From assembly GCA_002269645.1 (NCBI GenBank), contig NIVC01003979.1, forward strand, positions 1 to 35,798: DNA of 35,798 nucleotides, written 5' to 3'. Of this stretch, positions 1 to 11,005 are shown piece after piece. The stretch's first letter is position 1, and each line of letters starts with the position of its first letter. The stretch comes from Macrostomum lignano (lineage: Eukaryota). Both the position numbers and the translations under genes were made by a program. The notes beneath the pieces were generated by a model, which ran no database searches, had not been told where the DNA came from, and saw nothing but the letters and a program-made list of their open reading frames with translations.

Positions 1-54
1 AATTTGAGCCAAATAATTCCAGTCTGGACCCATACGCTTGTTTTCACGACGGAG

Positions 55-890
55 CTGTCATCTCTCCGACAAATTCACTGTCATCTCTCTGACCAAGTCA
101 CTGTCATCTCTCTGACCAAGTCACTGTCATCTCTCTGACCTAGTCACCGTCATCTCTCTGACCAAGTCAAAGTCATCTCTCTGACCAAAGTCACGTCATC
201 TCTCTGACCAAGTCAAAGTCATCTCTCTGACCAAGTCAAAGTCATCTCTCTGACCAAGTCAAAGTCATCTCTCTGACCAAGTCAAAGTCATCTCTCTGAC
301 CAAGTCAAAGTCATCTCTCTGACCAAGTCACCGTCATCTCTCTGACCAAGTCACGTCATCTCTCTGACCAAGTCACCGTCATCTCTCTGACCAAGTCACC
401 GTCATCTCTCTGACCAAGTCACCGTCATCTCTCTGACCAAGTCAAAATCATCTCTCTGACCAAGTCACTGTCATCTCTCTGACCAAGTCAAAGTCATCTC
501 TCTGACCAAGTCAAAGTCATCTCTCTGACCAAGTCACCGTCATCTCTCTGACCAAGTCACCGTCATCTCTCTGACCAAGTCAAAGTCATCTCTCTGACCA
601 AGTCAAAGTCATCTCTCTGACCAAGTCAAAGTCATCTCTCTGACCAAGTCAAAGTCATCTCTCTGACCAAGTCAAAGTCATCTCTCTGACCAAGTCAAAG
701 TCATCTCTCTGACCAAGTCATAGTCATCTCTCTGACCAAGTCAAAGTCATCTCTCTGACCAACAAGTCAATAATCTCTCTCTGACCAAGTCAAAGTCATC
801 ACTCTAACCAATTCATTGTCATCTCTTTAACCAAGTCATTGTTATCTCTCTGACAAAGTCAAAGTCATCTCTCTGACCAATTCGCTGTCA
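55..890. repeat. 23-bp minisatellite (GTCATCTCTCTGACCAAGTCAAA, with CACC/CACT variants), intronic in the M13-like gene
   Basis: Directly visible head-to-tail units with no spacers, degenerating at both ends. Confidence 0.97.
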
Positions 891-908
891 TCCCTACGCA
901 ACACTCAC

Positions 909-3900
909 TAGATATGTCAAAGGACTGCAAGATCTCATGCGCCATCATGCTGGCAGCCCCGCTGTAGGCCAGCAGCTGCGGCAGGCCGGCTGACGGGAAC
1001 AGCGGCACCTGCAGAGCGCCCGCCTGAGCCAGCAGCTCGCGTCGTAGGCCAGATAACGAAGTCCAGGCTCCCACAGCTGGCCCAGTGCTGAAATCCAGCG
1101 GATTGTACGGTCTGGGTGAGCAGCCGGCCTGGCGAGTCTTGTAGTTGATTGCAGCTCACAATCAGGCTGAAGTAGCTGTGGGTACTCGGATCAATCTGCA
1201 ACGTACAGGAAATCTGCATGGAGCTGCTGATGCTGCTGCTTGGAACAACACTCTTGACTGAGCAGCACAGTGGTAAATGCGTCTGACTGGTCTCGCCACG
1301 ACCCCTGGTTATGATGACGCGATAAATTGACAATTTATGTTATTTACATGTTGCCGTGCCATTCACGCCCATGAGGCCAAGCCCCAAGGCACAGAAATTG
1401 TACATGTACGCTGACGATTAGAAAGTCAGTCACGACCGCTGTACACCCTGCGTGAGCGTGTGTACCCTATTGGCGCGCTTGTAGGTTTTCAGGAGTCAGT
1501 GGAACGGGAAGAATTGTCGAAGTGCTGGTTGTGAGACGATATATATTAAATATGTATTGAGCAGTAAGCTACTCACCTGGCGGAACTCCGCGTCCAAATA
1601 ACTGTCATCCCAGGCCTCATCTGGGTAGCCGGTTTTCTCCACCATGTCGGCCAGTCGCTGCTTGGCTCGACGCTTCGTCTCGTTGTCCATCCAGACCAGC
1701 CGGTTGATGCTGTCCTTCGCAGCCCGGCGCATCTTCTCGAAAAGAGCACCGGCCTGCATGCGCGAGTCAGGTGTGACAGCTCGAAATTAGCGAAACAGGA
1801 GTTGCCTAGTTCTCACCTACTGGACTTGGGACAGCTGCACTTTTGTTTGTTTGCCGTGCAGTTTCGAATGCCTTTTTAACCTCACAGTCAGTAAGCCTGT
1901 GAAATCATGTCGGATGGTTCAAATAACTTTATAAGCTGGTTTACCGATAGTGACGGTCTCAAACGTCAAGCTTAAAAATGGAAAAAAAACCTTTCTCTTT
2001 AACAATTTTTAGCTAAATTAGGCCTTCATAAATAAAAATTCTTAATACTAAAGCGTTAAATCCTGTTCTTACCAGTGCTCCTTGGCCTGAGTGCAGTCCG
2101 TACTTACGTACTCCTGTACTTGTGTACTCCCGAACTTGTGTACTCCGTACTTCCGTACTTCCGTACTTGCGTACTCCCGTACTTGCGTACTCCCGAACTT
2201 GTGTACTCCCGTACTTGCGTACTCCCGTACTTGTGTACTCCCGTACTTGCGTACTCCGTACTTGCCGTCTCATGCTCTCGTTGGCCACATTTTCGCTTCT
2301 TTTCATTGGCTGACACCGACATTCTGTCTGTCATTGCACTTTTTGAATGTGTTCGACTAATTAATTACCCTGGCCTTGGCGCCTGGTTCGAAATTGTTGC
2401 GAACGAAGAGCGCCGACAGAGCCTGGTTCATGCCCCACCGCACGGTCTCCAGGCAGTCAGTCGCTGCATCGTCACCAACACTGCCGCCGCCGATGCCAAT
2501 TGTCAGCCCGTTGCTGGGCCAAACTATTCGTCGGTAGGCGGCAAATCTGAGCCGGTACTCGCCGCTCAGATCCCATTGGAAGAAGGCGATCAGGGTCCAG
2601 GTGAGGTAGTTGTTCATCTTTCTGCTCGGGGTGCGGCCAATGAAAAAATTAGTCTCTTCCAAAAGCTCGAAACACCTCGAAACTTCCCAACCTGGAAACT
2701 TCCCAACCATGGAAACTTCCCAATCTGGAAACTTCCCAACTTTAAAACTTCTCAACCTTGAAGCTTCCCAACCTGGAAACTTCCCAACCTTGAATCTCCC
2801 AACCTTGAATCTCTCAATCTTGAATCTCTCAATCTTGAATCTCCCAACCTTGAATCTCCCAACCTAGAATCTCCCAACCTTGAATCTCCCAACCTTGAAT
2901 CTCCCAACCTTGAATCTCCCAACCTTGAATCTCCCAACCTAGAATCTCCCAACCTTGAATCTCCCAACCTTGAATCTCCCAACCTTGAATCTCCCAACCT
3001 TGAATCTCCCAACCTTGAATCTCCCAACCTTGAATCTCCCAACCTTGAATCTCCCAACCTTGAATCTCCCAACCTTGAATCTCCCAACCTTGAATCTCCC
3101 AACCTTGAATCTCCCAACGTTGAATCTCCCAACCGTGAATCTCCCAACCTTGAATCTCCCAACCGTGAATCTCCTAACCTTGAATCTCCCAACCTCGAAA
3201 CTTAATTTTAGTCTAAAACGACGTGAAAGACTTCTTTTCAGACTCAATCTACAGTCTGTTAAATTAAAACTCGAAAACTGTGTTTTCTCAATATTTCTGA
3301 GTACAGACTCAGAGCGTTTCATTAAACTTTTTAATCGGCCTTTTCTCAATAGACCAACTTTACGATTAAAGTCAGTGGGGCTGCCTCTGCGCATGGAGTC
3401 CAACAGGTCCCGCAGCTGGTCAACATAATACCAGTCAGTCACCAGCACCTGGGTGTCGTTTCTTATCACCAGACCTGGCTGGTAGATTTCAGCCAGGTAG
3501 GCTCGGAAGTCAATGTGAGACGAAATTCTATCAGTGAGATCGCTGATTTTCGCTAAGTTGGCCGGATGGTCGGCGGGTTGCTCGGGAAGGCTGGCGTGCT
3601 GCAGGACGGCCTCGTGAGTCTGCGGAGTTCGGGGGTGCAAGTTTGAGCTGCAGTTCTTACTGAAGTGACAATAAAACGGGTGAATTCCCTGTTGTAAGAA
3701 AATTCCCTGATAGTGGAATGGCAAGAGGGAATTCCCATCTTACTGAACCTTAATGGTATGATAGCAAGGGGAATCCCCATCTGAACCCATCTTAACAGTA
3801 TGATAGCAAAAGGGAATCCCCATCTGAACCTATATCTTAACAGTATGATAGCAAAGGGGAATTCCCATCTAAACCCATTTTAACAGTATTATAGCAAAGG

Positions 3901-6053
3901 GAATTCCAATCGGAACCCATCTTAACGGTATAATAGCATAGGGGAATTCCCATCTGGACCCATCTTAACGGTATGATAGCAAGGGGGAATTCCCAACTGG
4001 GCCCATCTTAACGGTATGATAGCAAGGGGGAATTCCTATCTGGACAGTAGAATGGCAAGGCGGAATTCCCATTAATTTCGTTTTAAAATCAAGTTTTTTC
4101 CTATTAAGCTGAGATGCATTTCATTTTCTTAGGTTTATTCTCTACTTCTTAAACTACTGCCAGTAGCAAGCAGCGCTTTCTGAGCTTCCATTTCAAATTC
4201 CCTCACCAGCAGCAGCTGCTCCTCAACGTAGAGCACATCGTTGGCAAATGTCTCAACTCGAGCTGTCTGATTGGTCATCGCTGCGTCTCTCACCAGCATG
4301 CCGGCCACGTCCTTGATCAGGCTGCGGTACAGCTCCTTCTCCTAAATTATTTGAAAAAAACCTTTTTGTATTTTCATAGAAAATGTGGTCTACTTTGCGA
4401 CTACTTTGTACTAAAATATCAACAATAAGACTTACATGACGGACGTACATCGCGTCGCTTCGAGAGTTCATGCCAACCTAAATTACAGAGTGAGTTTTGT
4501 CTCTGTTTTCTGGGAATTTCTAACAGTAAATCTCCGTTTGAGAGTCTCTCACTGAAAATCTCATTCTGAGAATCTCCCACTTGAGAATCTCTCACCTGAT
4601 AATCTCTCACCTGAGAATCTCTTTGCACTTGAGAATCTCTCACCTGAGAATCTCTCACTTGAGAATCTCTAACCTGAGTATCTCTCACCTGAGAATCTCT
4701 CACCTGAGAATTAATCTCTCCCCTGAGAATCTCTCACCTGAGAATCTCTCACTTGAGAATCTCTAACCTGAGTATCTCTCACCTGAGAATCTCTCACCTG
4801 AGAATTAATCTCTCCCCTGAGAATCTCTCACTGAGAATCTCTCACTTGAGAATCTCTCACCTCAGAATCTGTCACCTCAGAATCTTTCACTTGAGAATCT
4901 CTCACCTGAGAATCTCATTTAAAATCGCTCTAATACTCAACGGAAATTAACATAAAGAAAAATGGTTCGCTAAAATACAAAACCTCTCTTGTCTCAATCA
5001 AAGAGCAAAAGCTCCTCACCCAGATAGCGTAGCGCCTGTCGCTGCCCCTCCGGTGCAGGAAGTCGCTGTAGACGGCTCTCGTGGCGAACAGCGAGTGCGC
5101 GTAGAACCTGCCGCTGACCGCCTGGAAAGTGCGGCTGAAACCGCCGAGGCCGCCAGCCGCTGAGCTGGACTGGTTGAGCAGGAACTCGCCGACACCTGCC
5201 GCTCGCATCGCGGCCAACAGCGGGTTGTCGCCGATGTAACTCGGCGTGTCGAAATTCTCCTCGCACCTGGAGAAGCAATCATGCAGACGTGCGCTGACGG
5301 CAATTCTGCCCATTCCTCTGACTCCTGAGCACATACACTCGTACACACGCTCACACAGGGTGTACACACGCTCACACAGGGTGTACACACGCTCACACAG
5401 GGTGTACACACGCTCACACAGGGTGTACACACGCTCACACAGGGTGTACACACGCTCACACAGGGTGTACACACGCTCACACGCTCACACAGGGTGTACA
5501 GCGGCCATTTGACTTTCTAATCGTCAGGCATGTACACTGTCTGTTGGTTGGCCCTCATGGCTGTGATCTGCTCTTCTCCCTACCTGGCGTAGAACCGTCT
5601 CAGCTTCCGTTCCCAAGCAGGATTTCCGCCCCCACCGCCGCCGCCGCTTCTCAAGCTACTCGCCAGCTTCCGCCGAGCTCCGAGCTCCATCTCCGCAGGG
5701 ACATTGCCCGCTGTTCCATCTCCGCCGCACGCAAAGCTGTAGAAATCTGAGCACGGCTCCGAGCTGGTGTTCATCCGTCGGGCTGCCGCGGCCGCCACGG
5801 AGAGGCAGTCTGGCTCGGTCAAGCAGATGTCGGTCAGCTCCAAGCTGCCGTTGTCAGCGCCTCGGCGAATGGCTACGGCGAACAGGCAGATGAAGACAAT
5901 GGCGAGCAGGCTGACCAGGCCGGTGGCGACGGCGAGGCAGCGGGCCGGAGGCAGCGGAAGGCGCCTGAAGAATCGGCTGAAGACACCGCCGCTGCTGCCG
6001 CCGCTGGCACTGTCGTCAGAGTGGAAGATGTGCGCTTTGCCGGGGTGCCTCAT
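909..6053 (-). CDS. Neprilysin/ECE (peptidase M13)-like type II membrane protein, 3'-incomplete, probably catalytically inactive
   Basis: Exons (minus): 6053-5584, 5266-5020, 4477-4436, 4341-4207, 3619-~3359, ~2617-2369, 1753-1577, 1195-909, bounded by GT/AG (the exon 5/6 junction is less certain). Exon 1 has a signal anchor (CLAVATGLVSLLAIVFICLFAVAI) and CLTEPDC...MNTSSEPCSDFYSFACGG. Later exons give NYLTW, DCLETV...ALSALFVRNNF, WMDNETKRRAKQRLADMVEKTGYPD and AGALQVPLF...AHEILQSFD, all recognisable M13 blocks. One apparent frameshift lies in the 1195-909 exon. Confidence 0.88.
1352..1520 (+). mobile_element. Dispersed ~170-bp SINE/MITE-like hairpin element, copy A
   Basis: Shares CCCCAAGGCACAG, TGTACA..CTGACGATTAGAAAGTCA, CCGCTGTACACCCTG.GTGAGCGTGTG and TCAGGAGTCAG.GGAA with copies at ~5292-5560 (-), ~12750-12890 and ~27385-27525. 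Confidence 0.7.
2098..2265. repeat. Variable ~16-18-bp minisatellite (CGTACTCCCGTACTTG family)
   Basis: Tandem units visible; explains the repetitive ORFs at 2013-2360. Confidence 0.9.
2676..3198. repeat. 15-bp minisatellite (TGAATCTCCCAACCT)
   Basis: Tandem units visible, preceded by degenerate GAAACTTCCCAACCT variants; source of the LNLPT/GDSRL ORFs. Confidence 0.96.
3725..4070. repeat. ~42-bp minisatellite with GGGAATTCCC palindromic core
   Basis: About 7-8 imperfect units of GTATGATAGCAAGGGGAATTCCCATCTGAACCCATCTTAAC. Confidence 0.9.
4545..4918. repeat. 15-bp minisatellite (GAGAATCTCTCACCT)
   Basis: Tandem units visible; unit resembles the 2676-3198 unit. Confidence 0.94.
5292..5560 (-). 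mobile_element. Dispersed hairpin element, copy B, with an internal 21-bp tandem expansion (~5340-5500)
   Basis: Reverse complement reads GTGTACATGCCTGACGATTAGAAAGTCAAATGGCCGCTGTACACCCTG, then (TGTGAGCGTGTGTACACCCTG)n, then CTCAGGAGTCAGAGGAATGGGCAGAATT. Confidence 0.75.
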
Positions 6054-6393
6054 GGCTGTTGCATTCCCTGAAAGCAGCTCCGCCACCCACCTTGGCCAGC
6101 GGCCTATATCTGCTGTCTACCTAGGCAGCAATTTGCATTCCGTTGTCATGGTTACGCGCTGTGTTTAACACTCAGTTTGAATATGTTTATATTCTTATGC
6201 ATGAGAATATTTATTCAAATGCAAATCGCTATATTAATAATCAGATCAGAGCTGCTTATTTTAAAAGGTTTTTTTCGAGCGAATCCAGGGTACAAAGTCT
6301 GCATAGCTTAGAAGTTCGCTAAACTCATGGGTGAAGATTTACACTGGCTGCTTTCGGCTAAGTTATTTATTCAAAATTCTTTAAGCCAATAGA

Positions 6394-6980
6394 CTTCAGG
6401 TGATCTATACCCAATCAGTTCCATATCCTTCAGGTGATCTATACCCAATCAGTTCCATATCCTTCAGGTGATCTATACCCAATCAGTTCCATATCCTTCA
6501 GGTGATCTATACCCAATCAGTTCCATATCCTTCAGGTGATCTATACCCAATCAGTTCCATATCCTTCAGGTGATCTATACCCAATCAGTTCCATATCCTT
6601 CAGGTGATCTATACCCAATCAGTTCCATATCCTTCAGGTGATCTATACCCAATCAGTTCCATATCCTTCAGATGATCAATACCAATCAGTTCCATATCCT
6701 TTTTCAGGTGATCTATACCCAATCTGTTCCATATCCTTCAGGTGAGCAATATGAATCAGTTCCATTATCCTTCAGGTGAGCAATACGAATCAGTTCCATT
6801 ATCCTTCAGGTGAGCAATACCAATCTGTTCCATTTCCTTCAGGTGAGTAATACCAATCTGTTCCATATCCTTCAGGTGAGCAACACCAATCTGTTCCATA
6901 TCCTTCAGGTGAGCAATACGAATCTGTTCCATATCCTTCAGGTGAGCAATACCAATCAGTTCCATATCCTTCAGGTGAGC
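6394..6980. repeat. 34-bp to 33-bp minisatellite upstream of the M13-like gene
   Basis: Unit CTTCAGGTGATCTATACCCAATCAGTTCCATATC (34 bp) changes to a 33-bp GAGCAATACC variant after ~6740. Confidence 0.96.
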
Positions 6981-7554
6981 ATTTAGGCTGTCAGCAGAGC
7001 GGCACATGACACAGGGCAAGGAGTCTGATGGCGGGTGTTAAGTCACCCACCCGCAGAATTTCTTCCAGACACCGGCTAATTTATGGATTTCTGTTCCGCT
7101 TCAGTGAGCACAGCCCCCCCCCAGGTCAGACAAGTCATGTGCCTACAAATATGAGAGCTTTAACAAGCAACAAGCAAGTAAAATAAAAAATGCGGGTCGC
7201 ACTGGATGACCTTGACCGACATTGTTCCTTGTGTTTGAAAGTTTTATGCGCTCTAGATTAAGTTTAAGTTTTATGCGTTTTATGCGCGCTAGATCTTGAA
7301 CTTAGAATCTGGAGTTGCCGGCTCCTCCGGGTAGCAACAGTTTCCTACAACGGAACTTCTTTGAGGTTTTCATTTCTACATAAGAGATGAGTCGGGTTTC
7401 TGAGCCATTTTTATATTTAAACTCGCCATCCTAATTTATAAAAAACTTTTTAAAAGTTCAAAAAAAGTTTTTTTTCCGAAATTTCCGAAATCCGAAATTT
7501 TTAAAAAACTTTTCCACTAAGGACTTTCGATTAAGAAGGACGCGTGTGGCTCTA

Positions 7555-7770
7555 TCCCTCCCTCCTCTCCTTTCCTCATCTCCTTTCCTCATCTCCCTCC
7601 CTCCTCTCCCTCCCTTCTCCTCTCCCTCCCTTCTCCTCTCCCTCTCCCCTCCTCTCCTCTCCTCCTCTCCCTCTCCCCTCCTCTCCTCTCCTCCTCTCCC
7701 TCTCCCCTCCTCTCCTCTCCTCCTCTCCCCTTCCTCCTCTCCATCTCCTCTCTCCACTCCCTCCCCTACC
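7555..7770. repeat. Polypyrimidine (CTCCT/CTCCC) low-complexity tract
   Basis: Nearly pure C/T; source of the R/G/E-rich and P/S/L-rich ORFs. Confidence 0.95.
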
Positions 7771-8754
7771 TGTTTTCCCCTCTATCCCATTTCCATCCAC
7801 TATCCCCGCTTCATATCAGTTAGCATCCTTTCTGCCTCAATTCGAAAACACTGGTTACCTACCAGTCCAAGCCCTCGCATACACGTAGAAAGGGGACTCC
7901 GGCATTCATGGCTCATCTCAAATTGAAGTTTTGTCTAAAAAAACGCACTTACAGAATTCGCTCAATCTTAGGTCAATCGGTGCATAATGCCGTCCCGTCA
8001 TTTTACTCAAAGTTGGATCTCTATGCAGGCAGTCTGACTAGCTAACCTTACCAAATTCCCCTGCATAGTTCCACACCCTCATGCGGATGCAGATGCGCCC
8101 CCATCACATGCTTTTGCTCTCCCTCTCTGATCAGCCACCACCGCCATCCTCGCTTGTTGGACGGGGCCCGGTTGGGAGGGGGCGCAGTCTGTCTGGCACG
8201 GCCCACGCACCGGCCAAGGACTCTTCCCGTAGGAATTATTAACAGCATTCCGGACTAGAAACCTTAGAGATCCAGCTGTCCCGCTAGTCCAGTTGTCACA
8301 AATAGGGGGTCTTTGCCGCCGGACAACAGGTGCCGCATATTATATAATTAAAATGAAAGCGGCTCCCCGTTTCCCTCATCAGCCACTTGCTCCAACCACC
8401 CCCGGATTTAAGGGAACTCTACATGCAGTTTGAGCAATATGACGGGCTTCAGTGCGACTTTAAACCTGTATATGCGGGTCCAGACAGTGCGCAGCATGCT
8501 GACAGGAGAAGGGGACGAGAGGATCAGCCGGAGACTCCGGCAACAAGAAGATCCGTGAATTGAAGTCTGGAGTGCCAGTTCATCTTGCTCATGACCTGGT
8601 TTCTCAAAAAAATCCCAGGAAAGTTGCGATACAGAAAGTTCCATAACCCTTGCTCGATCTTCAATTATGGGGTGAAATTTAAAGAATTTATTTAGCTTTA
8701 AATAGGAACCAAGCATGTCGCTTTGTGAAGAGTCGCTTACATTTCAGACCGAAT

Positions 8755-9179
8755 CCGAAATTTCACAAGACCGAAACTTCACAAGACCGAAATTTCACAA
8801 GACCGAAATTTCACAAGACCGAAACTTCACAAGACCAAAACTTCACAAGACCGAAACTTCACAAGACCGAAACTTCACAAGATCGAAACTTCACAAGATC
8901 GAAACTTCACAAGACCGAAACTTCACAAGATCGAAACTTCACAAGACCGAAACTTCACAAGATCGAAACTTCACAAGACCGAAACTTCACCAGACCAAAA
9001 TTTCACAAGACCGAAACTTCACAAGACCGAAACTTCACAAGACCGAAACTTCACAAGACCGAAACTTCAGAATACAGAAATTTCACAACGCCGAAAACTA
9101 CTAGCTCGTACATGGTCTTTGTTATATTGATTTCTACTATGTGAAGTTTCAGCTTTGTGAAGTTTCGGTCTTGTGAAAA
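8755..9179. mobile_element. Foldback/MITE-like element with 16-bp modular arms
   Basis: (ACAAGACCGAAACTTC)n at 8755-9068 and its reverse complement (GTGAAGTTTCGGTCTTGTGAAA, ~2 units) at 9140-9179 around a ~70-bp unique centre. Confidence 0.6.
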
Positions 9180-9999
9180 GAAAATGTTTAGGCGTTGAAA
9201 AAATTCTGCGTTACGAAGCCCCGTTTGTGAATATTGAAAAACCACTCCAGATTATGCTCTCAGCTCTCCATGACTCGGGAATGGGGAAGCGGGACAACCC
9301 CCACCCCCAGCCTAACCTTAACAAGAAAGTAGCGTAATTAAGCAGGCCCGCTGTCTCACTGACCAGTGAGGGAAACGCGGGAGCGCAGTCTGATGATAGC
9401 CAGTTTTTTGGACAGTTTTTTTGCCGGGCAGTTTTATTGTTGAGCCCCCTTGCTGAGAAGGGTTTACGGCTGGTGATTCTGACCCGATCATGCGAGGCTG
9501 CAGGTAGGGCAGTAAACTCATGTTCATTTTCCCTCATCTCAAGCGCCGCAGCCTCCCGCAGTCTTCTCCCTCCCCACCCGGCGGTTCCACCCCCGCCGCC
9601 CGCTGCTTGACAACTGTTGCAGCAAATTTTTCCCAAAAGTTTCTGCTATCTTGGCAGAAAGTACGAGCCAGAAACGGATTAGTTGCGGATTAAATCGCGT
9701 GGGTTCAGCTGCCAGGGCGGCCAGGGCCCGTGTTGGGCCAGCCAACAAAGACCTTTGATTGTCTGCTCTGTGCGGCGGCGTCTGCCAGCAATTTTCTGTC
9801 TCTCAAAGCCAGTTAGGGGGATTGATTGAGTATCCAGCTGTATGGCTGATGCATGCTAACTGATGGAATGCACCACATTCGCTAGTGTTCTGAGGTTTGA
9901 AGGCCGCGGAGCCAAAGTGGTCACTTTTATCGTCGTAAGAAGCAGCCTCTCAAAGAGCAACAAGAAAACTTGTGTTCCACAATCAGCACTGATGAACAG

Positions 10000-10545
10000 C
10001 CACCCCACAAACAGCACCCCACAGACAGCACCCCACAGACAGCACCCCACAAACAGCACCCCACAAACAGCACCCCACAAGCAGCACCCCACAAACAGCA
10101 CCCCACAAACAGCACCCCACAAACAGCACCCCACAAACAGCACCCCACAAACAGCACCCCACAAACAGCACCCCACAAGCAGCACCCCACAAACAGCACC
10201 CCACAAACAGCAGCCCACAAACAGCAGCCCACAAACAGCACCCCACAAACAGCACCCCACAAACAGCACCCCACAAACAGCACCCCACAAACAGCACCCC
10301 ACAAACAGCCCACCACAAACAGCACCCCACAAACAGCACCCCACAAACAGCACCCCACAAACAGCGCCCCACAAACAGCACCCCACAAACAGCACCCCAC
10401 AAACAGCACCCCACAAACAGCACCCCACAAACAGCACCCCACAAGCAGCACCCACAAACAGCACCCCACAAACAGCACCCCACAAACAGCCCACCACAAA
10501 CAGCATCCACAGACAGCACCCCACAAACAGCACCCCACAAGCCAA
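10000..10545. repeat. 14-bp minisatellite (ACAGCACCCCACAA)
   Basis: Tandem units visible; explains five overlapping repetitive ORFs. Confidence 0.97.
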
Positions 10546-11005
10546 CAGCTGCCGCTGCAGCAACATAGCTATGAATTCTTGCTAAGCAGGACTCACCCGC
10601 ATGGGGAGCCCACCCGGCGGAGAGGCCAGATGAGTAGGGAGTCGGTCCACAGGGGTGTGGGTGGACAAACTCTACCTGTTAGCAATTCCTGTTGAGCTGA
10701 GTTGATCATGGTCCGATGAGGGCTCAACAGTGGTTAGCGAAAACCTGTGTTCCCCCATGGTAGTAATAAAGTGGGATTTCACTTCCGTTCTCTTCCCGCT
10801 CCCCCTGCAGCGGCAGCCAATGAGGATGACCGGCTTTCAGAGAGTTTTGGGAGGCAACGGATGGGGCGGGAAGTCGGCGGCATTTATTAAAGTCTCTACA
10901 CTTCGCGACAACCCGCTGTCCTCCCCGGACTGGGAAACCCGCATTGAAGCTAGCCAGACTCACTTCGTTGAAACCAATATTCAAGTCATCTTTTGGGCCT
11001 TCATT

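Noticed and set aside
1411-1440. Canonical hammerhead ribozyme in the dispersed element
   Set aside because: CTGANGA and GAAA are present, but helix II is only TTA, no NUH triplet sits between helix III and helix I in any copy, and a simple CTGAC/GTCAG hairpin competes. Kept only as a speculative part of a finding.
9300-9850. SKOR promoter or enhancer (TAATTA, GGATTA and CAGCTG words)
   Set aside because: Short motifs are expected by chance and there is no conservation or TSS evidence available.
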